64,000 nt of DNA. It comes from an uncultured Muribaculaceae bacterium (GTDB lineage: Bacteria > Bacillota_I > Bacilli_A > RF39 > UBA660). Location: contig CAZPLK010000001.1 in NCBI GenBank assembly GCA_964587565.1, positions 701-64,700 on the forward strand, in the 5' to 3' direction. The notes under the pieces were generated by a model, which worked only from the letters and a program-made list of their open reading frames with translations, was not told where the DNA came from and ran no database searches. Below are positions 17,820 to 27,798 of this stretch, in pieces; the first letter of the stretch is position 1, and each line of letters starts with the position of its first letter. The translations under genes and the position numbers were made by a program.

Positions 17820-18002
17820 GTGATAAGTATGAAAAGCATAAAAATTAATTATAATATTTTCAACCATAAATATAAAGTTTATCCTTTAACTCCAGTTCAT
17901 AGATCAGAAAACAATAAAAAAGAAAAAAATGAAGAAAAATTTGCTGAAAAACTTAGTAAAAAAAAGATTAAAACAAAAAATAAAACAGGAGGTTTAAAGT
18001 GA
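17820..18002 (+). CDS. Small lysine-rich ORF (60 aa) translationally coupled to tyrS (stop overlaps the GTG start); possibly a leader peptide or spurious
   Basis: RBS 'aaggtgaaaggtga' 5 nt before the ATG. Ends 'gtga' overlapping the tyrS GTG. Low-complexity K/N-rich translation. Confidence 0.2.
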   Translation: MISMKSIKINYNIFNHKYKVYPLTPVHRSENNKKEKNEEKFAEKLSKKKIKTKNKTGGLK

Positions 18003-19228
18003 AATTATTTGACGAATTAAAATGGAGAGGGCTTATAGATAACATAACTAGCCCGGAGCTTGAACAAAAATTAAATGAAGGATGTTTAACTTTTTATATA
18101 GGTACGGATCCAACTGGTGATAGTCTCCACATTGGACACTTATCATCTTTATTAGTAGCACAAAGGCTATTTAACGCTGGACATAAACCTATAATTTTAG
18201 TTGGTGGTGCAACAGGTTTAATCGGTGATCCTAAGCCAAGTTCAGAAAGGCCTATGATTACAAAAGAAAAATTAGACTATAATTATAAAATGTTATCTAA
18301 GCAAATTCAAGACTTATTTGAATTTAAAATGGTTAATAATTATGATTGGTCTAAAAATATTAATTTTATTGATTATTTAAGGGATTACGGAAAATATTTT
18401 AGTGTCAATTACATGTTAGCTAAAGATACTGTAAAAAAACGGCTTGAAATAGGAATTACATATACAGAATTTTCTTATATGATTTTGCAGGCACTAGATT
18501 TTTTATATTTATATGAAAATGAAAATTGTGTTATGCAAATTGGTGGTCAAGATCAATGGGGAAATATAACATCTGGAATAGAACTAATAAGAAAAAAAGT
18601 TGGTGGTCAAGCATATGGTTTTACAATGCCTTTAATAACTAAGGCTGATGGCGATAAATTTGGTAAAAGTGAAGGTGGTACAATTTGGCTGGATAAAACA
18701 AAAACATCACCATATGAAATGTATCAATTTTTAATAAATACCGAAGATTCAAAAGTAATTGAGTATTTAAAAAAATTAACATTTCTAAGTTTTGACGAAA
18801 TAAATAAATTAGAAAAAAGTTTAAAAGAAGAACCACACTTGAGATTAGCACAGCAGAGGCTAGCCGAAGAAATTATCACCTTTTTACACGGAAGTAATGA
18901 ATATAAAACAGCATTAAAAATAAGCGAATCGCTATTTAGTGGTGCAGTTAAAAATTTAAGTGCGGAAGAAATAACTGTTGCATTTAAAGGTTTGCCTAAC
19001 TTTAAAATTACAGAAAAAATTAATATAGTAGATTTTTTAGTGAAATTCGATATATGTTCTAGTAAAAGGGAAGCAAGAGAATTTTTAAAAAGCGGGTCCA
19101 TAACAATAAATGATAATAAAGTATTATCACTTGAAACTAATGTAGACAAAAACATGGCAATTTACAACAACTTTATAGTTGTAAGGAGAGGGAAAAAGAA
19201 ATATTTTTTAGGATATTTTGAAAGGTAA
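17999..19228 (+). CDS. tyrS: Tyrosyl-tRNA synthetase
   Basis: 'GTDPTGDSLHIGHL' (HIGH), 'KFGKSEGG' (KMSKS), C-terminal S4-like domain. GTG start with RBS 'ggagg'. Confidence 0.95.
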   Translation: MKLFDELKWRGLIDNITSPELEQKLNEGCLTFYIGTDPTGDSLHIGHLSSLLVAQRLFNAGHKPIILVGGATGLIGDPKPSSERPMITKEKLDYNYKMLSKQIQDLFEFKMVNNYDWSKNINFIDYLRDYGKYFSVNYMLAKDTVKKRLEIGITYTEFSYMILQALDFLYLYENENCVMQIGGQDQWGNITSGIELIRKKVGGQAYGFTMPLITKADGDKFGKSEGGTIWLDKTKTSPYEMYQFLINTEDSKVIEYLKKLTFLSFDEINKLEKSLKEEPHLRLAQQRLAEEIITFLHGSNEYKTALKISESLFSGAVKNLSAEEITVAFKGLPNFKITEKINIVDFLVKFDICSSKREAREFLKSGSITINDNKVLSLETNVDKNMAIYNNFIVVRRGKKKYFLGYFER

Positions 19229-19232
19229 CAAA

Positions 19233-20231
19233 ATGAAAAAAATAAAATTTTTAGCTTATAGCATAGCTAACATTAATTTAATTAATATGTTTAAAACTGT
19301 AAAACAAATTAGTAACAAAATAAATAAACCATATATAATTGTACTAATAGATGTAATTTGGTGTGGATTTAAATATCAAGCGGGTTATCATGATTATTTA
19401 GAGTTTGAGTTTTATAATTTAAATAATGAAGAAAGAAAAACTTATATAACAAGAGGAATTAATAACGAAATAATAAAAAGATTTAACGATAAAAGTAAAT
19501 GGCATTATTTTAGTAATAAAGCTTTATTTCATGAAAACTTTTATGATTTTACAAAGCGTGAATTTCTTTGCTTGCACAATAATATAAAAGAATTTGAAAT
19601 GTTTTTGCGCAAACACCAACAAGTAATTGCTAAACCAATTGAAGGTGAAGGTGGTGAAGGTGTTGAGATGATAATTTATAAATCAATTTCTGATATAAAC
19701 AAAATATATAATAAACTAGTTGAAAATAACCAGTTACTTATAGAGGAGTATATAAAGCAACATAAAGGAATGAATGAGTTATACTCTACATCAGTTAATT
19801 CATTAAGAATGTTTACTTTTATAAAAGATAATAATCCACACTTTTTACAGGCAGCATTAAAAATTGGGAATGGAAGTATTATTGATAATTTTGCTGGTGG
19901 CGGGATGTATACAATTTTAAACGATGAAGGAAAAGTAATTTACAGTGCAATTGATAAAAATGATAACATTTATAATGTGCATCCAGTTACAAATAAACAA
20001 ATAATTGGATTTCAAGTACCGTTATTTGACGAAGCTGTCGAGCTAGTTTGCGAAGCAGCTAAAATAATACCTGAGGTCGGTTATATAGGATGGGATGTAG
20101 CAATCAGTGAAAATGGCCCAGTTATTATAGAGGGTAATTGTTATCCAGGTGTTTTCCAAACAAAACCAAGTTTAAAAGAAGACAAAACAGGATCGTTGTT
20201 AAAATACAATGAAGTGATGAAATTGCATTAA
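19233..20231 (+). CDS. ATP-grasp family protein (sugar-transfer-associated ATP-grasp type)
   Basis: Glycine-rich 'KPIEGEGGEGV', 'GGGMYTIL' and a C-terminal 'GWDVAISENGPVIIEGN' ATP-grasp signature. ATG 19233 chosen over the track TTG at 19218. Confidence 0.5.
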   Translation: MKKIKFLAYSIANINLINMFKTVKQISNKINKPYIIVLIDVIWCGFKYQAGYHDYLEFEFYNLNNEERKTYITRGINNEIIKRFNDKSKWHYFSNKALFHENFYDFTKREFLCLHNNIKEFEMFLRKHQQVIAKPIEGEGGEGVEMIIYKSISDINKIYNKLVENNQLLIEEYIKQHKGMNELYSTSVNSLRMFTFIKDNNPHFLQAALKIGNGSIIDNFAGGGMYTILNDEGKVIYSAIDKNDNIYNVHPVTNKQIIGFQVPLFDEAVELVCEAAKIIPEVGYIGWDVAISENGPVIIEGNCYPGVFQTKPSLKEDKTGSLLKYNEVMKLH

Positions 20232-20232
20232 A

Positions 20233-20265
20233 AAAAATCCATTATTAAATGGATTTTTATTTTAT
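20233..20265. terminator. Bidirectional terminator between the ATP-grasp gene and rpsD
   Basis: Stem aaaatccatt / aatggatttt, loop atta, flanked by A-run and T-run. Confidence 0.6.
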
Positions 20266-20864
20266 TTGTTATAAAACTCTACAATTAAAGCCTCATCAAT
20301 TTCTTGATTTAACTCACTACGTTCAGGATATCTTAAATAAGTTCCTTCTTTTTTGTTTTCATCAAAACTGATAAAATCAACACGACGTCCTAAAGACTCA
20401 AGTGAAGATAAAACAGCTGGATGATTTTGTGATTTCTCTCTTAATGAAATTACATCGCCTGGTTTAGCTTGGTATGATGGAATGTTTATTTTTTTACCAT
20501 TTACCAAAATATGACCATGGTTAACTAGTTGACGTGCTGCTCTTCTAGTGTTTGCAAAACCAATTCGATAAACAATATTATCTAAACGGCTTTCTAATAA
20601 TTTTAAGAAATCTTCACCTAAAACACCTTTTAGTTTTTTAGCATTTTCAAAAGTTCTTCTAAACTGTTTCTCATTTAATCCATACATGAATTTAACTTTT
20701 TGTTTTTCATGTAATTGTTGACCGTAGTTAGAAAGTTTTTTCCCACGCTTCTGGCCATGTTGGCCTGGAACATAAGGCTTCTTAGCAAGTTCTTCTCCAG
20801 TTTCTAAAATAGAAAATCCAAATCTTCGTGATTTTCTATAAACTGGTCCGGTATATCTAGACAT
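20262..20864 (-). CDS. rpsD: 30S ribosomal protein S4
   Basis: '[14 protein letters not shown]...' canonical S4 with an S4 RNA-binding domain. Start at 20864 (RBS 'gaaggaggggaa') rather than the track start 20897. Confidence 0.95.
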   Translation of the reverse strand: MSRYTGPVYRKSRRFGFSILETGEELAKKPYVPGQHGQKRGKKLSNYGQQLHEKQKVKFMYGLNEKQFRRTFENAKKLKGVLGEDFLKLLESRLDNIVYRIGFANTRRAARQLVNHGHILVNGKKINIPSYQAKPGDVISLREKSQNHPAVLSSLESLGRRVDFISFDENKKEGTYLRYPERSELNQEIDEALIVEFYNK

Positions 20865-21228
20865 ATTTCCCCTCCTTCGATATTTATGCTTAAACATCGA
20901 GGTTATTCGCCAAGTTTTAGGGTGTTTATTTTAATATCTTCACTTTGCAGCAAAAGTTACAAATAACCCTTAGGTAATAAACACATTAAATCTTTCGAAT
21001 AACGCTGCATTGATGAATAGCAGTTATAATTATATTATGTTTTACATTATAAGTCAATACAAAAAAGGGGTTATTTATATTAAAAGTTAAAAAAAGTCTA
21101 AATAAAATCATAATAAAAAATAAGTTAAATAATATATAATTAAATACGTAACAATCAAAAGCAAAAAATCAGTATTATTTTAATGCAAAAAAGATCGAAA
21201 TATGATAAAATTATATTAGGTGATTACT

Positions 21229-22944
21229 ATGGAAGACTTAACTTTGGTAATTATAACTTTATTTATAATAGCGGTTACTTTAATTGTAACTGTTTTGAAT
21301 GTTATACAAAATTATAAAAACAAAAAAATAAGAAAAAGAATAGAGCGTTTAGAATATGAAAAAAACATTATAGAAAGCGCTCCAATAAGCCCAGAACTAT
21401 CAAAGATAGAATCATTTTTAAAAAATGAAAAGTTAGAGCAAATGTATAATGACTGGAAAAAACGTTTAGAAAATATAAAAAGTAGTTATATACCTAAAAT
21501 TACAGATATGATTATCGAAGCAGAATATTCTTTGTCTCGTATGGATTATAAATCAACAACTTATAAATTAGCAAAATTAGAAATGGAAATATATAAAGTA
21601 AGAACAACAGCCGAAATTTTACTAGAAGAAATAAAAGAAATAACAACAAGTGAAGAAAGAAACCGAGCGATTATAACTACACTTAAAACTAAATATAGGA
21701 AATTATTTCATGCATTTACAGAAGCGAAACTTGAATTTGGTGAAATAGAAAAACCAATATCTTTGCAATTTGAAAATATAGCACATCGTTTTGAAAAATT
21801 CGAAGAGGCAATGGATCAAAACGAATATACAGAAGTTACGAAAATTATAAAAGCAATAGATGAAATGATTAAACATATGGAAATAGTTATTGAAGAAACG
21901 CCAATTATTGTTATGACAGCAATTAATATTTTACCGAAGAAAATAAAGGAAGTTCAACAAACATACGAAACTATGACGAATGGTGGATATCCTTTAAGTT
22001 ATTTGAATGTTGAGTATAATATAGAAGAAGCAAATAAAAAAATCGAAGATATAACTGCTCGTTTAAAAGTTTTAAATTTAGAAGATAGTTTATTTGAATT
22101 AAAAGTTTTGCTAGATTATTTTGATTCATTATTTAATGATTTTGAAAAAGAAAAGTTAAACCGTAACATATACGAGGAAGCTAAAACTTTATTTAAAACA
22201 AAACTTGATAAAACAAATCAATTAGTTAACGATATCTTTTCACAATTAGAAGATATCAAAAAAACATATAATTTATCAAATGATGATATAAAATTATTGA
22301 AAAAAATTCGTAAAGAATTAAAAATTTTAAATGAGGATTATAATTTATTAATATCACATACTACTAATAATACATTTGCATTTTCAAAATTAGTAAAGGA
22401 AATTGAAGGGCTTACATTAAAGTTGGCAAAAGTTGAAGAAAAATTAGAAAATTCTTTAGATGCAATAGGGAGTATGAAAGAAGACGAGGCGCGTGCACGA
22501 CAACAACTTGATGAAATAAAGTCAATTTTAAAAGAATCAAAAAGTAAGTTACGAGAATATAACTTACCAATTGTTCCCAAAAGTTATTATGTTCAATTAA
22601 ACGAAGCTAGTGCTGCCATTAGGGAAATAGTTGTCGAATTAGAAAAAACTCCTATTACAATAAGTATTTTAAACACAAGAGTCGATACAGCAAGAGATTT
22701 AGTTTTAAAATTATTCAGTACAACAAAAGAAATGCTTAAAACTGCTATGTTTGCAGAAATGGCTATTGTGTATGGTAATAGATATAGAAGTAACATTCAA
22801 GAATTAGATAAAAGTTTAATTTATTCAGAATTATTGTTTTTTAAAGGTGAGTACCATAAGTCATTGGAATTGACAATTAATGCTTTAAATAAAATTGAAC
22901 CAGGTATATACGATAAGCTTATAAATTTATACGGTAGCAATTAA
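21229..22944 (+). CDS. ezrA: Septation ring formation regulator EzrA
   Basis: N-terminal TM, about 560 aa of coiled coil. Conserved position between rpsD (divergent) and thiI, as in Bacillus. Confidence 0.7.
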   Translation: MEDLTLVIITLFIIAVTLIVTVLNVIQNYKNKKIRKRIERLEYEKNIIESAPISPELSKIESFLKNEKLEQMYNDWKKRLENIKSSYIPKITDMIIEAEYSLSRMDYKSTTYKLAKLEMEIYKVRTTAEILLEEIKEITTSEERNRAIITTLKTKYRKLFHAFTEAKLEFGEIEKPISLQFENIAHRFEKFEEAMDQNEYTEVTKIIKAIDEMIKHMEIVIEETPIIVMTAINILPKKIKEVQQTYETMTNGGYPLSYLNVEYNIEEANKKIEDITARLKVLNLEDSLFELKVLLDYFDSLFNDFEKEKLNRNIYEEAKTLFKTKLDKTNQLVNDIFSQLEDIKKTYNLSNDDIKLLKKIRKELKILNEDYNLLISHTTNNTFAFSKLVKEIEGLTLKLAKVEEKLENSLDAIGSMKEDEARARQQLDEIKSILKESKSKLREYNLPIVPKSYYVQLNEASAAIREIVVELEKTPITISILNTRVDTARDLVLKLFSTTKEMLKTAMFAEMAIVYGNRYRSNIQELDKSLIYSELLFFKGEYHKSLELTINALNKIEPGIYDKLINLYGSN

Positions 22945-22993
22945 AAACAGCCATCATTAATTTGATGGCTTATAATTTTTAGGAGGTGTATTT

Positions 22994-24181
22994 ATGGAAA
23001 AAATTATATTAATCAGATATGGAGAATTAAGTACTAAAAAAGGTAATAGAAATTTTTTTGTTAATTTATTAGAAAAAAACATTAAAAATTTATTAAAAGA
23101 CTTTAATATAAAAATAATAAAAGATCGTGTAAGAATGTATATATATGTTGATAATATACAAATTGAAGATGTAGCTTTTAAATTAAAAAATGTTTTTGGA
23201 ATACAAAGTATAGTAATTTGTTATAAAGTTAATAATAATATTGACGATATACAAGAAAAAATATTAAATACAATCAATAATGAAATAGATGAAACTAAAA
23301 ACACATTTAAAGTTATTACTAAACGAGCATATAAACAATTCCCGGTTAATAGTATGGAATTTAACAATTTAATTGGTAGTCTAGTTTTACAAAACACATC
23401 ACTTAAAGTTGACGTTCATAATCCTCATATAAAAGTAAATATAGAAATTAGACAAGAAGGCACATTTATATATTATAATGAAATAAAAGGTGCTGGTGGA
23501 TATCCAGTAGGTGTTCAAGGAAAAGGAATGCTATTATTAAGTGGAGGAATCGATAGTCCAGTTGCTGGATATTTATCGTTAAAAAGGGGAGTTGATTTAG
23601 AATGTATCTATTTTGAATCACCACCACATACTAGTATAAGTGCAAAAAATAAAGTAATTCAATTAGCTAATATAATTAATAATTATTCTGGGAATATAAA
23701 ATTGCATGTTGTGCCTTTTACAAAGATTCAAGAAGAAATTTATAAAAAGGTTAATAGTAGTTATAGTATTACCATAATGAGAAGAATGATGTATAGAATT
23801 GCAGAGAAAATAGCACTGGAAAGAAATTGTAAAATAATAATTAATGGTGAAAGCATCGGTCAAGTTGCAAGTCAAACACTAGATAGTATGGTTGTAATTG
23901 ATAATGTTGTAAATATGCCTGTTATTCGTCCGGTTGCTTGCTTAGATAAGTTGGAAATTATTAAATTGGCAAAAGATATAAATACATACGAAACAAGTAT
24001 ATTGCCATATGAAGATTGTTGCACTATTTTTTTGCCAAAACATCCAGTAATTCATCCACTTTTATCAAAATGTTTAATATATGAAGAATTGTTAGAATAC
24101 GAACAACTTATTAATGATTGTGTTAAAAACATAGAAACAATAACAAATTTCACAACAAATGATTTTCAAGATTTATTATAA
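22994..24181 (+). CDS. thiI: tRNA 4-thiouridine synthase ThiI
   Basis: THUMP-type N-terminus; PP-loop 'LLSGGIDSPVAGY'. Confidence 0.9.
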   Translation: MEKIILIRYGELSTKKGNRNFFVNLLEKNIKNLLKDFNIKIIKDRVRMYIYVDNIQIEDVAFKLKNVFGIQSIVICYKVNNNIDDIQEKILNTINNEIDETKNTFKVITKRAYKQFPVNSMEFNNLIGSLVLQNTSLKVDVHNPHIKVNIEIRQEGTFIYYNEIKGAGGYPVGVQGKGMLLLSGGIDSPVAGYLSLKRGVDLECIYFESPPHTSISAKNKVIQLANIINNYSGNIKLHVVPFTKIQEEIYKKVNSSYSITIMRRMMYRIAEKIALERNCKIIINGESIGQVASQTLDSMVVIDNVVNMPVIRPVACLDKLEIIKLAKDINTYETSILPYEDCCTIFLPKHPVIHPLLSKCLIYEELLEYEQLINDCVKNIETITNFTTNDFQDLL

Positions 24182-24258
24182 GACCATTAATTACCACCTT
24201 TAAAAATGTATTAAATTTTATCTTGTACACAAATTAATAGTGTACAGGAGGTGAAACT

Positions 24259-24489
24259 ATGAATAACGCAAGTGGTCAAAATACTCGTTCAACAAATAAA
24301 CTGGTAGTTCCAGGTGCAAAGCAAGCAATTGATCAAATGAAATTTGAAATAGCAAATGAATTTGGTGTTAATCTTGGCCCTGATACTAGTTCTAGAATGA
24401 ACGGTTCAGTTGGAGGCGAAATTACTAAAAGGTTAGTTCAAATGGGTGAACAAAATATTGGTAATCAATCAAATTTTCAATCAAAATAA
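24259..24489 (+). CDS. Alpha/beta-type small acid-soluble spore protein
   Basis: '[34 protein letters not shown]' is the alpha/beta SASP signature. Confidence 0.9.
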   Translation: MNNASGQNTRSTNKLVVPGAKQAIDQMKFEIANEFGVNLGPDTSSRMNGSVGGEITKRLVQMGEQNIGNQSNFQSK

Positions 24490-24566
24490 ATACCATAAAC
24501 TAACATCCTAATATATACATTGTTTGTATGTAATTGAACAACCTATTAATAAAGGTGGTGAGATTT

Positions 24567-24800
24567 ATGAATCATGCAAGTAATCAAAATACTAGTTCAA
24601 CAAATAAACTAGTAGTACCTGGTGCTAAACAAGCATTAGATCAGATGAAATTTGAAATTGCACGTGAATTTGGAGTTACATTAGGTCCAGATACAGCATC
24701 TCGTTTAAATGGTTCGGTTGGTGGCGAAATTACTAAGAGATTAGTGCAATTAGGACAACAACAAATCGCTGGACAATCGAATATGCAAAATATGAAATAA
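24567..24800 (+). CDS. Alpha/beta-type small acid-soluble spore protein (tandem paralog)
   Basis: '[30 protein letters not shown]'. ATG 24567 has RBS 'aaaggtggtgag'; the track start 24534 is rejected. Confidence 0.9.
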   Translation: MNHASNQNTSSTNKLVVPGAKQALDQMKFEIAREFGVTLGPDTASRLNGSVGGEITKRLVQLGQQQIAGQSNMQNMK

Positions 24801-24804
24801 ATAA

Positions 24805-24845
24805 AAAACCGATTTCCTTGTCACAATGAGAAATCGGTTTTAATA
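24805..24845 (+). terminator. Rho-independent terminator after the SASP genes
   Basis: 12-bp stem aaaaccgatttc / gaaatcggtttt, followed by a T-run. Confidence 0.7.
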
Positions 24846-24900
24846 TAAAAAAATTTACTTTAATTATAGTTTATGTTATAATTTTTTTAGGAGGGAAAGA

Positions 24901-25398
24901 ATGAAAGATAAACTAAAAAAATTAAAACAGAAATTAAATGAATTAAATAATGAAATATCCGAAAAACAAAACCAGCTTTATGAAATATCCAAAGACCCAC
25001 TTGTTGATCACTACAATTATATTTTAATGCAACTTCAAGCATATCATAATGAAAAACAAAAAACGTTATTAGAGTATACTATATTAAACCAAAATTTATG
25101 TGAGCACCCGCTTTGGTATTTATTAAAAGAAGAAATAGACGGTTATGAAATGCGCGTATATTGGAAGTGTAAATGCGTTCAATGTGAAAAAGTTGTGGAG
25201 CAAAGATCGAATGAATTTCAAAATGTAGTTTATAATAGTAATTTTTTCAATAAAACAAATAAAGCTCTCACATATAATGATATTAAAAAAATTTATAATA
25301 ACATGATTAAAGTTATTAATAATGGAAAACTTGAAAAAAATCTTATTACTGAACACGATGTAGCAAAAATATTAGTAAAGAATTATAGTCAAAAATAG
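24901..25398 (+). CDS. Hypothetical protein with a CxC...CxxC zinc-ribbon-like motif
   Basis: 'WKCKCVQCEK'; N-terminal coiled coil; no other recognisable motif. Confidence 0.4.
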   Translation: MKDKLKKLKQKLNELNNEISEKQNQLYEISKDPLVDHYNYILMQLQAYHNEKQKTLLEYTILNQNLCEHPLWYLLKEEIDGYEMRVYWKCKCVQCEKVVEQRSNEFQNVVYNSNFFNKTNKALTYNDIKKIYNNMIKVINNGKLEKNLITEHDVAKILVKNYSQK

Positions 25399-25427
25399 AT
25401 TGTTATTTATCAATCTATTTTATTTTG

Positions 25428-26003
25428 TTAACATTCCAATATTTCATCTACTAAGCCATAATCAAGTGCTTCATTAGCAGTCATAAAATTATCTCTTTCA
25501 GTATCCATTTCAATTTTTTTCAAATTTTGTCCTGTATTGTTTGCAATCATAATATTTAATTTATCTTTAAGTTTTAATATTCTTTCAGCGGCGATCTTTA
25601 TTTCTGTTGCTTGTCCTTGAACACCACCAAGGGGTTGATGAATCATTACCTCTGAATTAGGTAAACAATAGCGCTTTCCTTTTTTTCCACTTGATAAAAG
25701 CAAAGCCGCCATACTAGCAGCCATCCCAACACATATGGTTGCAACATCACTTTTAACAAAGTTCATTGTATCATATATAGCTAAGCCTCCCGTTACACTA
25801 CCACCAGGTGAATTAATATATAAACTAATTTCCTCATTATTAATAGAATCTAAATATAATAGTTGCGCGACAATGGTATTAGAATTGAGATCATCTATTT
25901 CACCACACAAAATAATAATTCTATCCCTTAAAAGTCTTGAATAAATATCATATGCTCGTTCACCGTTAGAAGTTTTCTCAATTACAGTTGGTATTAGTCC
26001 CAT
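25428..26003 (-). CDS. clpP: ATP-dependent Clp protease proteolytic subunit
   Basis: '[11 protein letters not shown]...[11 protein letters not shown]...MIHQPLGG' canonical ClpP. Confidence 0.95.
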   Translation of the reverse strand: MGLIPTVIEKTSNGERAYDIYSRLLRDRIIILCGEIDDLNSNTIVAQLLYLDSINNEEISLYINSPGGSVTGGLAIYDTMNFVKSDVATICVGMAASMAALLLSSGKKGKRYCLPNSEVMIHQPLGGVQGQATEIKIAAERILKLKDKLNIMIANNTGQNLKKIEMDTERDNFMTANEALDYGLVDEILEC

Positions 26004-26119
26004 AATATCATCTCCTTATATTATGATAAGTGTAAACTAAAAATATATTCATGAAAAAATGTGACAAAAACATCTTTTTTTGATAAAATATAATTACAGT
26101 AAAGAATAGAGGGATAAGT

Positions 26120-27784
26120 GTGGAAAAAATGATAAAAGTCGTTTATCGGAATAAAAAAACTAAAACATTTCCGATTGGTACATCATTTTATGAAATAAGC
26201 AAAGAATTTCAAAAATATTATAATTATCCAATTTTGGTAGGCAAGGTAGACAATAAAGTAATTGATTTAAGTGAAGAATTATATCAAAGTTGTGCGATAG
26301 ATTTTTTTGATAGAAGTAGTGTCGTGGGTAATGGAGTTTATTCACGTAGTTTATATTTTATGTTAGTATTAGCAGTAAAAAGGGTTTTAGGACAAGATGT
26401 GAATGTTATTATTGAACATTCTATTGACAAAGGGGTTTATTGTGAAATTATAAATGCTGATATTGATAAACCATTAATTGATAAAATAGAAAACGAAATG
26501 AAAAGCATGAATAAAGAAGAACTGCTATACACTAAAATAAACGCATCAAGATATGATGCAATTAGATATTTTAAAGAAAATAATAGAGAAGATAAAGTAA
26601 AAGCATTAAAGTATATAAGCAATAGTTATGTAAATTTATATAAGTTAGATAATATATATGATTATTTTTATAGTGAGATGGCTTATAGTACTAAAGATAT
26701 TGATGACTTTAAATTAACTTTTGTCAAGGATAATGGTTTTGTTTTGAGTTATCCAGATATATATAACCCTGAATGTACATTAGATTACATACATCATAAA
26801 AAAATGTATGATGCCTTTTTAGACTATACTAAATGGGGACGAATAATAGGTATTAGTACAGCAGCAGATTTAAATGAATTAGTATCTACTGGTGGTTACG
26901 ACAATCTAATTAGACTCTCAGAGGCTTATTATAATGGTCAATTATCAAGAATTGCTGATGATATAGCACAGCACAATGATGACATTAAAATTGTACTAAT
27001 TGCAGGACCTTCATCAAGTGGTAAAACAACTACTTCAAAAAAATTAGAAGTATATTTACAAAGTCATGGATTAAACACGCATCAAATTTCATTGGATGAT
27101 TATTTTTTAAATCGTGAAGATACGCCAAAAGATGAAGAAGGTAATTATGATTTTGAATCAATTCGTGCGATAGACATTGAATTATTTAATCAACACCTGC
27201 ACAAACTATTAAATAAAGAAAGAGTGCTTTTGCCTGAATTTAACTTCATAAATGGTACAAGAGAATATAAAGACAAGTGGTTACAACTTGGAGACAATGA
27301 TATCATTATTATTGAAGGTCTTCACGGTTTAAATGAAGAACTTACAATGTCAATAGAAAAAAAACACAAATATAAAATTTATATTAGCCCATTAACTCAA
27401 TTAAATATAGATATTCATAACCGTATTCACACAAGTGATACTAGAAAATTAAGAAGAATTATTAGGGATAATAAATACAGAGGTTACAGTGCGGTTGATA
27501 CATTGAAGATGTGGCCTAGTATTAGAAAAGGTGAGGAAAAGTATATTTTTCAATACCAAGATGAAGCTGATGTAATAATTAACTCAGCGTTTGTATACGA
27601 ATTAGGTGTTTTAAAAACTTATGCAGAACCTTTATTATTTTCAGTTTGTGAAAATGACGAAGAGTATCCAGAAGCATTAAGGTTAATTAATTTTCTGAGA
27701 AACTTTTTACCTATACCTAGTGATAATGTGCCAAATGATTCTATTTTACGTGAGTTTATTGGTGGGAGCTGTTTTAAAGATTAA
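26120..27784 (+). CDS. TGS-domain / uridine-kinase (PRK) family nucleoside kinase-like protein
   Basis: N-terminal TGS-like domain; P-loop 'LIAGPSSSGKTTTSKKL' with a PRK/Udk-type downstream region. Confidence 0.65.
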   Translation: MEKMIKVVYRNKKTKTFPIGTSFYEISKEFQKYYNYPILVGKVDNKVIDLSEELYQSCAIDFFDRSSVVGNGVYSRSLYFMLVLAVKRVLGQDVNVIIEHSIDKGVYCEIINADIDKPLIDKIENEMKSMNKEELLYTKINASRYDAIRYFKENNREDKVKALKYISNSYVNLYKLDNIYDYFYSEMAYSTKDIDDFKLTFVKDNGFVLSYPDIYNPECTLDYIHHKKMYDAFLDYTKWGRIIGISTAADLNELVSTGGYDNLIRLSEAYYNGQLSRIADDIAQHNDDIKIVLIAGPSSSGKTTTSKKLEVYLQSHGLNTHQISLDDYFLNREDTPKDEEGNYDFESIRAIDIELFNQHLHKLLNKERVLLPEFNFINGTREYKDKWLQLGDNDIIIIEGLHGLNEELTMSIEKKHKYKIYISPLTQLNIDIHNRIHTSDTRKLRRIIRDNKYRGYSAVDTLKMWPSIRKGEEKYIFQYQDEADVIINSAFVYELGVLKTYAEPLLFSVCENDEEYPEALRLINFLRNFLPIPSDNVPNDSILREFIGGSCFKD

Positions 27785-27798
27785 GAAAGAGGGATAAA

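Noticed and set aside
18639-19155. Minus-strand ORFs inside tyrS
   Set aside because: Antisense to an unambiguous tyrS.
20865-20897. N-terminal extensions from the ORF track for rpsD (20897), pgk (30014), gpmI (35023), dusB (36590), lysS (38187), second SASP (24534), ferredoxin (47391), ATP-grasp (19218)
   Set aside because: Internal starts have Shine-Dalgarno sequences at correct spacing and match the conserved N-termini of the protein families. The longer forms lack an RBS or add non-conserved residues.
22338-23875. Minus-strand ORFs inside ezrA and thiI
   Set aside because: Antisense to well-supported genes.
25123-26622. ORFs 25123-25356(-), 25735-25944(+), 26160-26345(-), 26437-26622(-)
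   Set aside because: Antisense to the hypothetical Zn-ribbon gene, clpP and the Udk-like gene respectively; no RBS; low complexity.
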